NCBI GenBank assembly: GCA_965249555.1
Contig: OZ252243.1
Coordinates: 1,920,001 to 1,984,000, forward strand
Reading direction: 5' to 3'
Source of the DNA: Nitrosopumilus sp.
GTDB taxonomy: Archaea > Thermoproteota > Nitrososphaeria > Nitrososphaerales > Nitrosopumilaceae
DNA length: 64,000 bases
Shown here: piece by piece, positions 1 through 10,289 of the stretch
Numbering within the stretch: the stretch's first letter is position 1
How the letters are laid out: each line of letters begins with the position of its first letter
Translations under genes and position numbers: made by a program
The notes under the pieces: generated by a model
The model's database searches: none
What the model was told of the DNA's origin: nothing
Seen by the model: the letters and a program-made list of their open reading frames with translations, nothing else

Positions 1-9
1 CCCCAATAT

Positions 10-426
10 TTGTCACTTGAAGATTCTGTTAACATGGCAAAAAAAATTGGAGGAGAAAATCATGGATTCAAATTCATTCAATTGCCATTTAACATGCATT
101 ATGATCAAGCATTACTTGGAAAAAATCAATTACTTGGAACTGAAAACGTGTCTGTTTTAGAAGCAGCTGTAAAATTGGGAATAGGTGTTTTTACTAGCGT
201 GCCATTTATGCAAGGACGTTTGTTGGCACCAGGTGCAATGCCTGAATTCAATGAGCTAAAACCATCTTCACGTGCTTTACAATTTATTCGCTCATCACCT
301 GGAGTTTTAGCTCCATTAGTTGGTCAGAAATCATCTGAGCATGTTTCTGAAAATCTTGAGATAATGAAAATTCCACCCATGCCTGAAGATGAATTTTTAA
401 CACTAGTCAAGAAGCTTACTTCTTAA
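10..426 (+). CDS. Aldo/keto reductase family protein, C-terminal part (truncated by window edge)
   Basis: FIQLPFN...LGIGVFTSVPFMQGRL and ALQFIRS...PLVGQKSSEHVSENL match the AKR C-terminal pattern. Confidence 0.75.
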   Translation: MSLEDSVNMAKKIGGENHGFKFIQLPFNMHYDQALLGKNQLLGTENVSVLEAAVKLGIGVFTSVPFMQGRLLAPGAMPEFNELKPSSRALQFIRSSPGVLAPLVGQKSSEHVSENLEIMKIPPMPEDEFLTLVKKLTS

Positions 427-494
427 CCTGATCTCCATGTTTGAAATTTTGAAGAAAGATATTAAATGAGTCCCCCTTAGGAAAAAAGAGTAAT

Positions 495-863
495 TTGTCC
501 GCCAAGATTTATGATTATACGAAAATCTGTAATTCCATCTTATCTATTGATCCAAAAATTCGATTTGTAGGGGTGATTAATGAACGAGGTCGATTAGTTG
601 CAGGTGGAATGAAAGATAATGTTGAACCTCTGGAAAGTGAAAAAGATGATGAAATGATTTTCATGGAACTTGCATTACGTGTTAAAATGAGAAAAGAGTT
701 TGATAAACAACTTGGCCCTGTAAATTTTGCTATGGCTTCTCGTGAACGCGCTCTTGCAATTAGTGCAATAATTAATGATGATATTTTGTATGTAGTATCT
801 GAGCCTGATACTGATTACGGTTCTCTCCCAAAAAAAATTCTTGAAATCATTCACTCTAAATAA
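495..863 (+). CDS. Roadblock-like thaumarchaeal protein (DUF6659-like)
   Basis: IRFVGVINERGRLVAGG...RKEFDKQLG motif; paralogs at 54025 and 58809. Confidence 0.7.
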   Translation: MSAKIYDYTKICNSILSIDPKIRFVGVINERGRLVAGGMKDNVEPLESEKDDEMIFMELALRVKMRKEFDKQLGPVNFAMASRERALAISAIINDDILYVVSEPDTDYGSLPKKILEIIHSK

Positions 864-1116
864 ATTCTGTTTCCACTTTTGGGACTTTATGATCTTCTTA
901 ATTAATAATAGCGATCGACGATTATTGACATGTATTGGAATAAGAAATTAGATGGTGATTATTTAGCCATGGTGGAACTAGAGAAATTGGCTCTTTAGTT
1001 GAAAAATCTGTTAACTGTGGCAATACAGAACTTGCGCCTTCAGATATAGAACATATTTTAAAAATGACATCTGATGTTACACTTCGAGTAAAATCCAAGT
1101 CTCCCGAATTAACTGT

Positions 1117-1371
1117 ATGAATTATTGTCATGATAGACATACTCCAATATACAAAATAAAATACAAACCAACTATCTTTAGAGGTGTTTCTTCTGAATGG
1201 GCTGTCTGTGAAAAATGTTTTGGAAAACCAGAATTTTTTGGGTCGATAAATGAAATTGAATCAATTATTTCTGTACACAATTCACAAGAGATTCGATTCC
1301 AAATTGAACATATGGCAATTATGACCAAAACAATTACTGAAAAAATCAAAAAAACTCTTGGAATAAAATAA
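1117..1371 (+). CDS. Hypothetical protein with CxxC
   Basis: 84-aa ORF, WAVCEKC. Confidence 0.55.
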   Translation: MNYCHDRHTPIYKIKYKPTIFRGVSSEWAVCEKCFGKPEFFGSINEIESIISVHNSQEIRFQIEHMAIMTKTITEKIKKTLGIK

Positions 1372-1425
1372 TACTAGAATCCAACCTACCTGAATCTATA
1401 AATATAATTCATATGAGAAAAATTT

Positions 1426-1572
1426 ATGCCAGTAGATCCTGTTTGTGGAATTGAACTTGATGAATCTTTAGCATTACTTCATGACCATAATGGACAAAAA
1501 TTCTATTTTTGCTGTAATGGATGCAGACGAATTTTTATCAAAAAACCTCGTAAATATAAAAATAATGTTTAG
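1426..1572 (+). CDS. YHS/TRASH metal-binding protein (48 aa, not in ORF track)
   Basis: Hand translation MPVDPVCGIELD...KFYFCCNGCRRIFIKKPRKY: DPVCG and YFCxxxC motifs. Confidence 0.85.
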   Translation: MPVDPVCGIELDESLALLHDHNGQKFYFCCNGCRRIFIKKPRKYKNNV

Positions 1573-2519
1573 ATGGGAAAAGCTCCACACATTCTACAAA
1601 ATTTTGAATTTTTAACTTCATGTTTACAATAGGGGCAAGTATTTTTTGCATGGTTATCCACAGGTGATCCAAATAATTTCTTAAAAATTTCATAGTAATA
1701 CATTGATTCGCTACTTCTGATAACTACCCCATCTTCTTTTTCAGTGATTAGTTTTTTTTCAACGAATTTTTCTTCCTTGATTACTGAATTAAACAAATTT
1801 GTAAGTCCGGCAGTTCCTGATCCATCTTGCATTGCTGATTTTTCTCTCCATGCAATCTGTTGTGGGATATATTTTTCAAATGTCTTACGTAGAATCCATT
1901 TACCATGCCTTTTTCCTTTCTCATTTTTTACTTTCAAATTGGTTGGAATTTCTTTAGCTAGTTTTACAACTGCATCATTTAGAAAAGGTGACTCGATGGT
2001 TACTCCCAATGCTTTCCCAATTTTTTGTGTCGGGAAATGCATTATCGAGCAAATTCTTTTGATCTCTTTTTCTAATTCGTCTTCTGGTTTGTTTATTAAA
2101 AAACTATATCCTGCAAATAACTCATCAGATCCATCTCCTGTGATGATGGACTTTTCACCATTTACTTTTGCCCATTTTATTGCTAGATACATCACAACAT
2201 TATTGCGAATCTCAATATCGTTGAAGTTCTTTAAAATCTTAATCGTATCTTCAATTGCCTCAAGAATTGTTGTGGTCTTAACGTTGTAAATTGATAAAGG
2301 CAGTTGCATTTCTTTTGAAACCATTTGACAATAAGTCAGATCTGTTGAAACAAAATCTTCAGTAATTACTGCAACCGTCTTTGGTTTTCTTTGTTTTAGA
2401 AAATATGCGATGATTGAACTATCTAATCCCCCAGATAATGAAATCAAATTTGATTTACAGGCATTGCACGATTCTTCTAAAATTCTATAAAGATTTTTGG
2501 AGACTGGGTCCAATATCAA
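1569..2519 (-). CDS. Asparagine synthase C-terminal-domain protein
   Basis: LSGGLDSS PP-loop, TGDGSDELFAGY, KWILRK; C-terminal Zn ribbon. Confidence 0.85.
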   Translation of the reverse strand: MILDPVSKNLYRILEESCNACKSNLISLSGGLDSSIIAYFLKQRKPKTVAVITEDFVSTDLTYCQMVSKEMQLPLSIYNVKTTTILEAIEDTIKILKNFNDIEIRNNVVMYLAIKWAKVNGEKSIITGDGSDELFAGYSFLINKPEDELEKEIKRICSIMHFPTQKIGKALGVTIESPFLNDAVVKLAKEIPTNLKVKNEKGKRHGKWILRKTFEKYIPQQIAWREKSAMQDGSGTAGLTNLFNSVIKEEKFVEKKLITEKEDGVVIRSSESMYYYEIFKKLFGSPVDNHAKNTCPYCKHEVKNSKFCRMCGAFPI

Positions 2520-2623
2520 ACGTATAGTTTTGAAATTAAAATAGCTATGCCTAATGATTCTTTTGTGACTAATTCAGCTTATCATTGTAAACTTTAAATT
2601 CTTTATAGCGTGATTGAGAATTA

Positions 2624-3040
2624 ATGCTACTCCCTGCTGAAATTGAATCTAAAACTCTAATTCCTGCATTACGAGCAATTCTTGCAAAAAAACTTGCTGA
2701 AGATCATAACATTAGAGAAGATGAAATTTCTAAAATGCTTGGAGTCACTCAAGCCGCAATTAGTAATTACATTCGTGGAACAAGAGGTGATCCTTCTTTG
2801 ATTGCAAAACTTTTAGCAGAAAAACAAGTTGCAATTATGATCAATGAACTAAGTGATAGCCTTTCATCAGATATGGCTTATACTCCATCCAATCTTTCAA
2901 AATTTATTGGTCTTTGCAATTATATCAAATCTAGTTTGTTGATATGTGAGATACATCATAATCTAGAATCAAACATAGATGAACAAGTATGCAAAGAATG
3001 TGAAAATATGCTTCTTAAAGGTCCTGGAAGCGTTTACTAA
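2624..3040 (+). CDS. HTH transcriptional regulator
   Basis: EISKMLGVTQAAISNY HTH; C-terminal Cys/His cluster. Confidence 0.8.
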   Translation: MLLPAEIESKTLIPALRAILAKKLAEDHNIREDEISKMLGVTQAAISNYIRGTRGDPSLIAKLLAEKQVAIMINELSDSLSSDMAYTPSNLSKFIGLCNYIKSSLLICEIHHNLESNIDEQVCKECENMLLKGPGSVY

Positions 3041-3345
3041 ATTTTATTTAAAATAATTTTGATAGTCGATGTCATCCTGCCAATACCTGCAGCTGCCACT
3101 GTATCGAGGGTGATTTTTTGAACTTTGGAATTTCCTTTTAGCATTTTTTCTGTAATGATATTTGCAACTGCCACTGCATTTGGAATTGAATTTCCATTTG
3201 CTTTAAGAATAACTTGATTTTTGCTTCCCAGTATAGATAAAACATCAATGGTTGATTGCATTACAGGGTCATTTCCAATAGTTATTATGGTTTCCTCAGA
3301 CTTGTTGGTCTGCTCTTGACCATATGGTTCATTTGTCTCTTCCAT
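3037..3345 (-). CDS. Alba family DNA/RNA-binding protein
   Basis: VILKANGNSIPNAVAVA...TSTIKIIL resembles the Alba fold. Confidence 0.75.
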   Translation of the reverse strand: MEETNEPYGQEQTNKSEETIITIGNDPVMQSTIDVLSILGSKNQVILKANGNSIPNAVAVANIITEKMLKGNSKVQKITLDTVAAAGIGRMTSTIKIILNKI

Positions 3346-3402
3346 GAGCATTATTCAACAACCAGCAATTTTTTGTTCTTTTAAGTTTTATCGATCAATG
3401 AT

Positions 3403-3951
3403 TCATTTTTCAAAGTAATCAATTGGAATGTTCTGATAATCTCCATTTGGAAGCACTCTTCTGATTGTGATTGGAATCACTCTTTGTTCAAGTTCTTCCA
3501 TTGAAATATCCAATGAAATCCTTGCGGTTTTTGGAATTGAAATGAATGGCGGTGCTCCTAAAGACAACTGCAATGCTCTTGCCCCCATAATTCTGGCCTT
3601 TTCAAATCTTGTTAATGTTGGTGGCCCAATTGTGATTTTATTTTTTTCACAAGGAATCTCCACTGGATCATGTTCTACTACCTTTTCGACAACTTCTCTT
3701 CCTTCGATTGTGTCTATTCTTTTTTGAAGATTTTCTTGTTCTTTTTCAGTTAATGGGTCTGCACCTTTTTTCTCAAATAATTTACGATAAGTATCTAGTG
3801 CCTTTGTCAGTCCTGCATTTTCTTCTGTCTCTTCATTAACAACTTCGGTTTCTGGAGATTCTAACAATTTAGTTTCTTCAGCATTAGGCAAGTAACAAAA
3901 TTTTCTTAAAACGTTATATATTCTAATCATTTTAAAGTACGAATTGGGCAC
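3403..3951 (-). CDS. rpoK: DNA-directed RNA polymerase subunit K (Rpo6); true start probably ~3890
   Basis: PTLTRFEKARIMGARALQLSLGAP...IPITIRRVLP. Confidence 0.92.
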   Translation of the reverse strand: MPNSYFKMIRIYNVLRKFCYLPNAEETKLLESPETEVVNEETEENAGLTKALDTYRKLFEKKGADPLTEKEQENLQKRIDTIEGREVVEKVVEHDPVEIPCEKNKITIGPPTLTRFEKARIMGARALQLSLGAPPFISIPKTARISLDISMEELEQRVIPITIRRVLPNGDYQNIPIDYFEK

Positions 3952-4330
3952 ATCTTCAGTCTCACGAAAACAATTAATTTTGGAAATTCGAGGAAAGGCA
4001 AAGATTTCATGTGATCTTAAACGTCATTTGTCTCCTCGAACTGTTGGAACTATAATGAGATCTTTGCCATTAGAGGGACATGCTCATCTCTTAGGAAAAA
4101 GTATTTTGTATTTTGAAACTACAGTTGATTCTGGAATTGAGAGAGCACGATCTGAATTCAAGAAAGGCGATGTTGCATTTTTACCATCATCTGGAAGCAT
4201 CTGTTTTTTTACCAATAATGTAACATCTGGTAAAACTATGACGCCTATAGGAAAATTAAGTGGTAACATTGATGCATTAGATGATGTTAAATCTGGAGAT
4301 GTATTTCATATCTATGAAGAAACTACCTGA
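3944..4330 (+). CDS. Cyclophilin-like fold protein
   Basis: SPRTV...LPL...GDVAFLPSSGSICFF pattern. Confidence 0.7.
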   Translation: MGTSSVSRKQLILEIRGKAKISCDLKRHLSPRTVGTIMRSLPLEGHAHLLGKSILYFETTVDSGIERARSEFKKGDVAFLPSSGSICFFTNNVTSGKTMTPIGKLSGNIDALDDVKSGDVFHIYEETT

Positions 4331-4623
4331 TACAAATGATGTCCTGAATATCCACCAACACATTTTACAATTCCTTTATTGGCAGATTCTTTTAGAAATG
4401 CATTTGCTGCAGAAATTTTGACTCCTGTCTGTCTTGCAAGATCTTGAACTGTGACTACTTTGGAGTTTTGAATAATTTTCATTGCTTGCTGTTCATTTAC
4501 CATAACTGTGATCTCTGCTTTTCTTGGACCTCCTTCACCTTTGTCTTTCCTTCCTTTTTTTGAGTCCTTTGTATTTGATGACTTGTCTTTCTTTGCTGTA
4601 GTTGGTTTTTTTGCTCCGCCCAT
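4312..4623 (-). CDS. rps25e: 30S ribosomal protein S25e
   Basis: Lys-rich N-terminus MGGAKK and winged helix VVTVQDLARQTGVKISAA; ATG at 4623. Confidence 0.85.
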   Translation of the reverse strand: MGGAKKPTTAKKDKSSNTKDSKKGRKDKGEGGPRKAEITVMVNEQQAMKIIQNSKVVTVQDLARQTGVKISAANAFLKESANKGIVKCVGGYSGHHLYQVVSS

Positions 4624-4746
4624 AGTTTGAGAAAAAAATATTCCTCTTATAAACGATGAACCATCCTTTTGAGTTACCATTTTATCAAAAATTCAAAAAA
4701 TTCTAATTATTTTCAAATATAAATAACATCTCAGTCATTTGATTAT

Positions 4747-4959
4747 ATGGGAATTATATCAAAAGGTGCAAAATGCAATGTTGATGGATGTGACAAAGAT
4801 GGCACTCGTTCTCTAAATACAGCTAAAGTTGAACGTGCCGGACTTCGAGTAAATTCCACAGGCAAAAAAACAGTTCTTTGCAAAGAACACTACAAAGAAT
4901 GGAAAAAAGAATCTAAAGATGATAGAGATCTTGAACGTGCCCGTTATGACAAGTTTTAG
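4747..4959 (+). CDS. Small Cys/His hypothetical protein
   Basis: CNVDGC...LCKEHY. Confidence 0.65.
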   Translation: MGIISKGAKCNVDGCDKDGTRSLNTAKVERAGLRVNSTGKKTVLCKEHYKEWKKESKDDRDLERARYDKF

Positions 4960-6119
4960 TTTTTTGATCTCTTTATGTTAACTGCTGGATTATTGAAATA
5001 GTCGCTACTCAATTTATCATACATCTTGCCTAATTTCTTGTAAAGTCGTTTGGGTTTTCTTGCTTTCTGATTACTTAGAACATATAATGCAAGAATTGGA
5101 AATGCAATTGTCGAATCAGTATAAACTGTTATCAGTCCCTGATCTGAATGTCGAACTTTGCCCCAACTTTTTCCTTCTTGCAGTGTTGCACCAGATAATC
5201 CTCCTGTGTCTGGTCGTGCATCTGTAATTTGAATAACGTAATCTTGCCCTCCATCATCCCTTCTTAGTATTTGATCTAATAGAGGAGCTGTTTGCTGAGC
5301 CGTGTTCTTTGGTACTCCTCCACCTAGTTCTAAAATTCCTGATTTTTTTGAATTATAAAGAATTGCTGCTTGTTCAATAATCTCTCTAACAAAATCTAGA
5401 CTGAATATCTTATTTTCTAGTCTATGAACTACCAAATTCAATGCTAATGATGAATCCTTTATTGTGGAAATGTATACTGGAACATCATATTCATATGCCG
5501 CTGCAATGAAACTCTTTTCAGGATGTTTTGATTTCTCTTTACTTTTCTTTCCCATCAAATTACAAAATTCTGCAGTTGTAAATGGCTTGTCTTGAAAGTC
5601 TGATTCAAACATTTTCTGAATAACTTGATCTTCTGCTTCCAATGTTTCATAAAACTTGATGTATACATCTCTGATTCTGACAATCTCATTTTCATACAAT
5701 TTTCCATCATCAACAACAGAACTTCCTTGTTTAACAGGTAATCCCCATGCAAAATGATCTTCATGATAGACGTTAGCCCCAGTTGTAATAATCCAATCTA
5801 CGAATCCTCTCTCGATTAATGTTTTAATGATTCCTCCAAATCCAACTGGTGTCATTGCACCAGCTACTGTGAGACAAATTGTTGCATCTTCTTTGATCAT
5901 TTTGGCATAAAGTTTTGCCGCCTCTCCAAGTTTTCTTCCATTATATCCTGAACTTGCAAATACATCAACCAAATCCTCAATAGTCATATTTTCATCTAAT
6001 TTTATGTGAGGAATGTCTTTACCATGAAATTTGTGTGGATCCACTTTTAAAAAATAACTTTTTGCTATAATTAATACTTGCGCAAGAATTCTTTTACATA
6101 TGATATTCTGAACTTTCAA
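4956..6119 (-). CDS. Deoxyhypusine synthase family protein (start likely GTG ~6044)
   Basis: TGANVYHE, ELGGGVPKN, QITDARPDTGGLSGATLQEGKSWGK. Confidence 0.92.
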   Translation of the reverse strand: MKVQNIICKRILAQVLIIAKSYFLKVDPHKFHGKDIPHIKLDENMTIEDLVDVFASSGYNGRKLGEAAKLYAKMIKEDATICLTVAGAMTPVGFGGIIKTLIERGFVDWIITTGANVYHEDHFAWGLPVKQGSSVVDDGKLYENEIVRIRDVYIKFYETLEAEDQVIQKMFESDFQDKPFTTAEFCNLMGKKSKEKSKHPEKSFIAAAYEYDVPVYISTIKDSSLALNLVVHRLENKIFSLDFVREIIEQAAILYNSKKSGILELGGGVPKNTAQQTAPLLDQILRRDDGGQDYVIQITDARPDTGGLSGATLQEGKSWGKVRHSDQGLITVYTDSTIAFPILALYVLSNQKARKPKRLYKKLGKMYDKLSSDYFNNPAVNIKRSKN

Positions 6120-6160
6120 GCAAACATTACTTATGTATGAATAACATATACTGATACTAA

Positions 6161-6493
6161 ATGACTATCGTTGATTTGCATGATCCACAGCGAGTAAATA
6201 GAACGCCTGATGATGTTGAGGTTTTACTCTCCTCTGGAGATTTTATTCAAGACGGATTTAGAATATCTAAAGTTGAATTACGTCTTTACAATGAAAGATC
6301 TGATGAAAAGTTGGGAGATTATTCATTGATTACCTCTTTTGTTGAGACTGACAAGGGTTCTATTGAAATGATTTATGATGAAGGATTCCGTGGAAAAAAA
6401 CCTCTTTTCAGAGCGGCTGAATTTCTTACTTCTAATTTAGGAATATCTGCACTGATTTTACGCTCAATTATCTCACTACGTGAAAAAACATAA
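6161..6493 (+). CDS. Hypothetical protein
   Basis: 110-aa ORF preceded by TATA-like sequence. Confidence 0.6.
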   Translation: MTIVDLHDPQRVNRTPDDVEVLLSSGDFIQDGFRISKVELRLYNERSDEKLGDYSLITSFVETDKGSIEMIYDEGFRGKKPLFRAAEFLTSNLGISALILRSIISLREKT

Positions 6494-6974
6494 AACATTC
6501 TCATGAATTTCTGTAATTTCAATTACAAACAACTTGTTTTATTACATTTGTTCCTAATATTTCTGAAATGAGTTTAACTTCACAGACCTCAAAGTCTGAT
6601 AACGTATATGATAATGAAATGCACAAATTAAACACTGAACTACAAATCGCATTATTGAAATGGAAACTAAGATCCTTCAAGAAGCCATGCTGTGGAATAT
6701 GCACTAAAAGCACTTGGAAATCAATAACCATGAAAATATCTTATTTTATTGGGTTTTTGGCTATGTGGAAAAACTATATTAAACTAAATTAGTTATTTCA
6801 AAACATGAAAAGAAACTCTGCATTTGGTCATTGGACAGAAGAGGAAACAAACTGGTCAGAAAAAGACACTGCTTTCATAGATGCTACTATAAACAAGAAA
6901 AACAATGGAATTCCTACTAATCTTAAAGAAATAAAAGAGCTTCATGAATCACTATCTTATTAGATGGAAATCAT

Positions 6975-7374
6975 GTATGTATCAAGCACTTGGATGTATA
7001 TCATCTCAGAAAACATGTTTGATTCCCTTCTTCCATGTCTCAAAGCATGTGAGACTGAGATCATCCTCATGCCCTGACTACTCATCTGCCCGCGAACATT
7101 CCTCTGCATCACGCACTTTGGAATGGAATTCTCTGCATCATTGTTAGTTGATGGAACATCACCATACATGACAAACGTAAACATGCTGTTCCTTGTAGTC
7201 TTTAGCTTCTTGCCAAACTGAACCATCTCCGTATCACCTTTCAAATATCGTGTAATGATACGGTCTGTTTTAGTAAATTATTCTTGTACCTTTCTCGCTG
7301 TTTTATGCAATGATTATTAGTTGATCTTGGATCTTTTTGTGTAAATTGATTTGTGCGTAAAGGTTGATACATAC
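6975..7374 (-). mobile_element. Internally deleted IS66-like element remnant
   Basis: ORF 6960-7244 has the IS66 TnpC C-terminal motif VPSTNNDAENSI; GTATGTATCAA at 6975-6985 is inverted at 7364-7374. Confidence 0.7.
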
Positions 7375-7507
7375 TGTAGTTATTGTTTTTAAAGAAATAC
7401 TCGGATTTGTACGTAATTGATGTTCTGATCATTTAAATCATTATGACATAATTTTGTGTATGTCATCAGTTTAAAATTTTAAATATGTATATTTGGTATT
7501 ATAATCA

Positions 7508-7597
7508 GGTGGGTAAAGTCTCTTGAGCAATCAAGAGGATCTTGACCGAATCAATGATGCCTATTTGGATAGGATGGGAGACAGGTCAAGAGTCACC
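7508..7597 (+). ncRNA. Candidate structured small RNA
   Basis: Stems CTCTTGA-GCAA-TCAAGAG, TCTTGACC/GGTCAAGA, CCTAT-TTGG-ATAGG, GGTG/CACC; TTTAAATA ~25 nt upstream. Confidence 0.5.
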
Positions 7598-7842
7598 AAT
7601 TAATCTTATCTAATTTCTTACGATGATTTATTTTATTTGAAATCATATCAAAGTATGTTGAATCTTTATGTGTGATTTTTCTCTGCGTTGAAGGTAAAAA
7701 ATTCTGATGACTTTGGACTAAATCCCACATCTCATGTTTCATCAATGTACACTGAAATACATGTCATAACCTATGACATTTCTCCAAGTTTAAAAATTAA
7801 TTTACATTTTCTTTGTTTATCTGAATCATATATCAACAAATC

Positions 7843-7889
7843 GACTCTTGTCAATCTAGGTGATCTGACATAGTTAATGCTCAAAAGTT
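7843..7889 (+). repeat. Degenerate solo copy of the IS6-like left end
   Basis: GACTCTTGTCAATCTAGGTGATCTGACATAGTTAATGCTCAAAAGT matches 19754 (reverse complement) and 21976. Confidence 0.8.
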
Positions 7890-8226
7890 AAATAAACAAA
7901 TATCTAGACATGGAAGATCAAGTCCATGTGGGATCCGTTTTATTTAACAAGATATTAATTATAATGTATTGAGAAATGAAAGCATGATTAAAGAATTAGA
8001 TGATACTATTTTTGAACCAAATATGCGAGGTTTACATAGCCCATATCTTTATTTTACAGGTTATAACATAAATCAAAATATGCAAAATGACCGTATAAAA
8101 AAAATAGATACATTAATCAATGAAATAGATAACATGTTGAATAATTGAGTGCTTTTAGAAAAGATTATGAGAATAAAATTAACTGAAGATTAAAAAATAC
8201 AACAAATCAAAGGTGAATATTCATAT

Positions 8227-8869
8227 GTGTTAGATATTGGAATTGAAAAAGTATTAGATGCTACTGAAATAGATTATGCTTCTGGCACTGATTATGAAAA
8301 AGATACTCTAAAACAACTCTTAATTCAAGAAGAATTAAAATGGGAAAAAATAGAAGAGTATGATCGTAAAGCAAATCATGATGAAGATTTGAAAACACAA
8401 TCTTTCAGTTTTATACCAAAAGCGCATGCTTCTCACAATAGTTGTTCAACCATGCCGTTTGTAAATATATTCAAACAAGTAACCGTTGATATTAACGGTC
8501 AAGATGGATTTGAAGGTGGAAATCAATTGTATAATGTTGTAAGAACTACAATGTCTGATTGTTCAGTAAAATACACACTATCATTCTTAGATGAGGATCA
8601 TCCAAATTCTTGGGTTTGCTGCATATGATCAAGTAAGATTGCATACATATGACAGAATCACAGATGTGGAAGTATTTTATGTTCAATCTTCAGGAATATT
8701 TTTTGATGATACTTGGAGTGATGGAGACGATTTCTTTGTGTGGTTCGGACCACATGGAACAACAACGAAACCATTTTCTTCCACTGTTTATGTAAGTAAT
8801 GCTTGGAATCATAACTTTGATGTTATAGATGAAAATCCTAGTATGAGTAAATTCACATGGTTGTCCTAA
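8227..8869 (+). pseudogene. Frameshifted acidic protein, probably secreted (ORFs 8227-8628 and 8591-8869)
   Basis: Two overlapping ORFs that read as one protein across ~8615; further fragment upstream at ~7985-8148. Confidence 0.55.
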
Positions 8870-9138
8870 TCCCTTCTTTTTTTATATATCTTAAAAAATC
8901 TCTGTCTGTAATTCAGATCTTATTTTCTAGTATCATTTTATTTTTTATTATTAATGCTGAAACTTGGTTTTTTGGTCAGAAATTTAGCGGTGTTGAAGCT
9001 TTTTCTATCAATGGAACAATTGGAATTGTAGGCATTATAGTTGGTATTGCACAGTGGAAAAACATTACAAAGTCTGAAATGTTTTTAGTTGGATGGTATG
9101 TTACTGTCTTTTTTTGGTTTGCAGGTAATAGACTATGA
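8857..9138 (+). CDS. Small multi-pass membrane protein
   Basis: About three hydrophobic segments; overlaps the upstream stop. Confidence 0.55.
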   Translation: MVVLIPSFFIYLKKSLSVIQILFSSIILFFIINAETWFFGQKFSGVEAFSINGTIGIVGIIVGIAQWKNITKSEMFLVGWYVTVFFWFAGNRL

Positions 9139-9175
9139 GTGATTTGTTAGATAACTGAGGGTTGGGAGAATATCA

Positions 9176-9413
9176 TTACCCTTGTTGTATTTCAACAAAA
9201 CAATCTAGATTTTCATCAAATTTCAAATTAACCATATCTCCACCCATAGAAACAAAATCAGAAACCCACACACAAGGACCAGCCAAATTACCATGAGTTA
9301 TGAAATTAATAATTAATTTTAGATTGATTAGAAAAACAATACACAGTATTACCAATAAAAGTAAACCAAAAATAAAAAAGAGAAGTTTAAAAGTTATCAT
9401 GCCACCAATGAAC
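9176..9413 (-). CDS. Small membrane protein
   Basis: Hydrophobic LLFFIFGLLLLVILCIVFLI; overlaps the stop of 9387-10289; start uncertain. Confidence 0.5.
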
Positions 9414-10289
9414 ATAAGGTCCCCACCAAAAGCTTGGCCATGAATAACCCAAGACTTCAGGATTTGGTTCATTTTCAGTAATTATATAATTATAGCTATA
9501 TGAGCTTATGATAGCTTGATCACGGAATGATCCATCATTACAATTTCCAGGAGAACCAGAAGTTACAACAGATGCAAAGTCATAAGGTCTAGAAGACTCG
9601 TCAGAAAAAGTAGCATAAGACGGAACCATGTGGTATCCATTTTGATACAGGTTGTATTGTGCAGCATACAATGCACTAAAACCAGATATGGTTGTAGGTG
9701 TAGAATCTGCAGGGTGAGGATTTTGATAGTTTCCACCACAAACTAGATTGGAATTACTGTTACTGTGATGAATTGTATGTATCGGATATTCAGACACACC
9801 AAATGCCGAAACAATTGGAGTAACATAATTAAATGTTGTAAAAGTAATTTCATTTACTTTATTTACAGAATCAGATTGTGTTTCAAATAGAGATTTGAAT
9901 TTTCCATTTTCAAATTCATATAATGCTTGATCTAGAGCATCTCTATTTGTTTCAAATTCATCTACTTGACCAGTAGAGCCACTTGTTGCAGCAGTCATTA
10001 TGTCATTATTATGAACTGCAAAATCATTTGCAATATCAATGTCTAGTTGTGACACATCATAATCTTCGACTGCATCTATGATGTCAAATGTGATGTTTTT
10101 ATTTTCATCATAAATTACATATGTCTCCATTACTCCAAAAGAGTGTTCAATTTCTTCTAACGTGTATGTTTGTATTGGTTCTATTTCATCTGAACCACCT
10201 GGTATTGTCTGTGCAGTTACACCATTCATTCCTGCTGGAACTAATAGTATTGCCAACAATAGTATTTTCAATGTCATTGTACTATACAC
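9387..10289 (-). CDS. Secreted acidic protein with Trp-rich C-terminus
   Basis: Signal peptide MTLKILLLAILLVPAG..TA; ends EPNPEVLGYSWPSFWWGPYVHWWHDNF. Confidence 0.7.
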   Translation of the reverse strand: MYSTMTLKILLLAILLVPAGMNGVTAQTIPGGSDEIEPIQTYTLEEIEHSFGVMETYVIYDENKNITFDIIDAVEDYDVSQLDIDIANDFAVHNNDIMTAATSGSTGQVDEFETNRDALDQALYEFENGKFKSLFETQSDSVNKVNEITFTTFNYVTPIVSAFGVSEYPIHTIHHSNSNSNLVCGGNYQNPHPADSTPTTISGFSALYAAQYNLYQNGYHMVPSYATFSDESSRPYDFASVVTSGSPGNCNDGSFRDQAIISSYSYNYIITENEPNPEVLGYSWPSFWWGPYVHWWHDNF

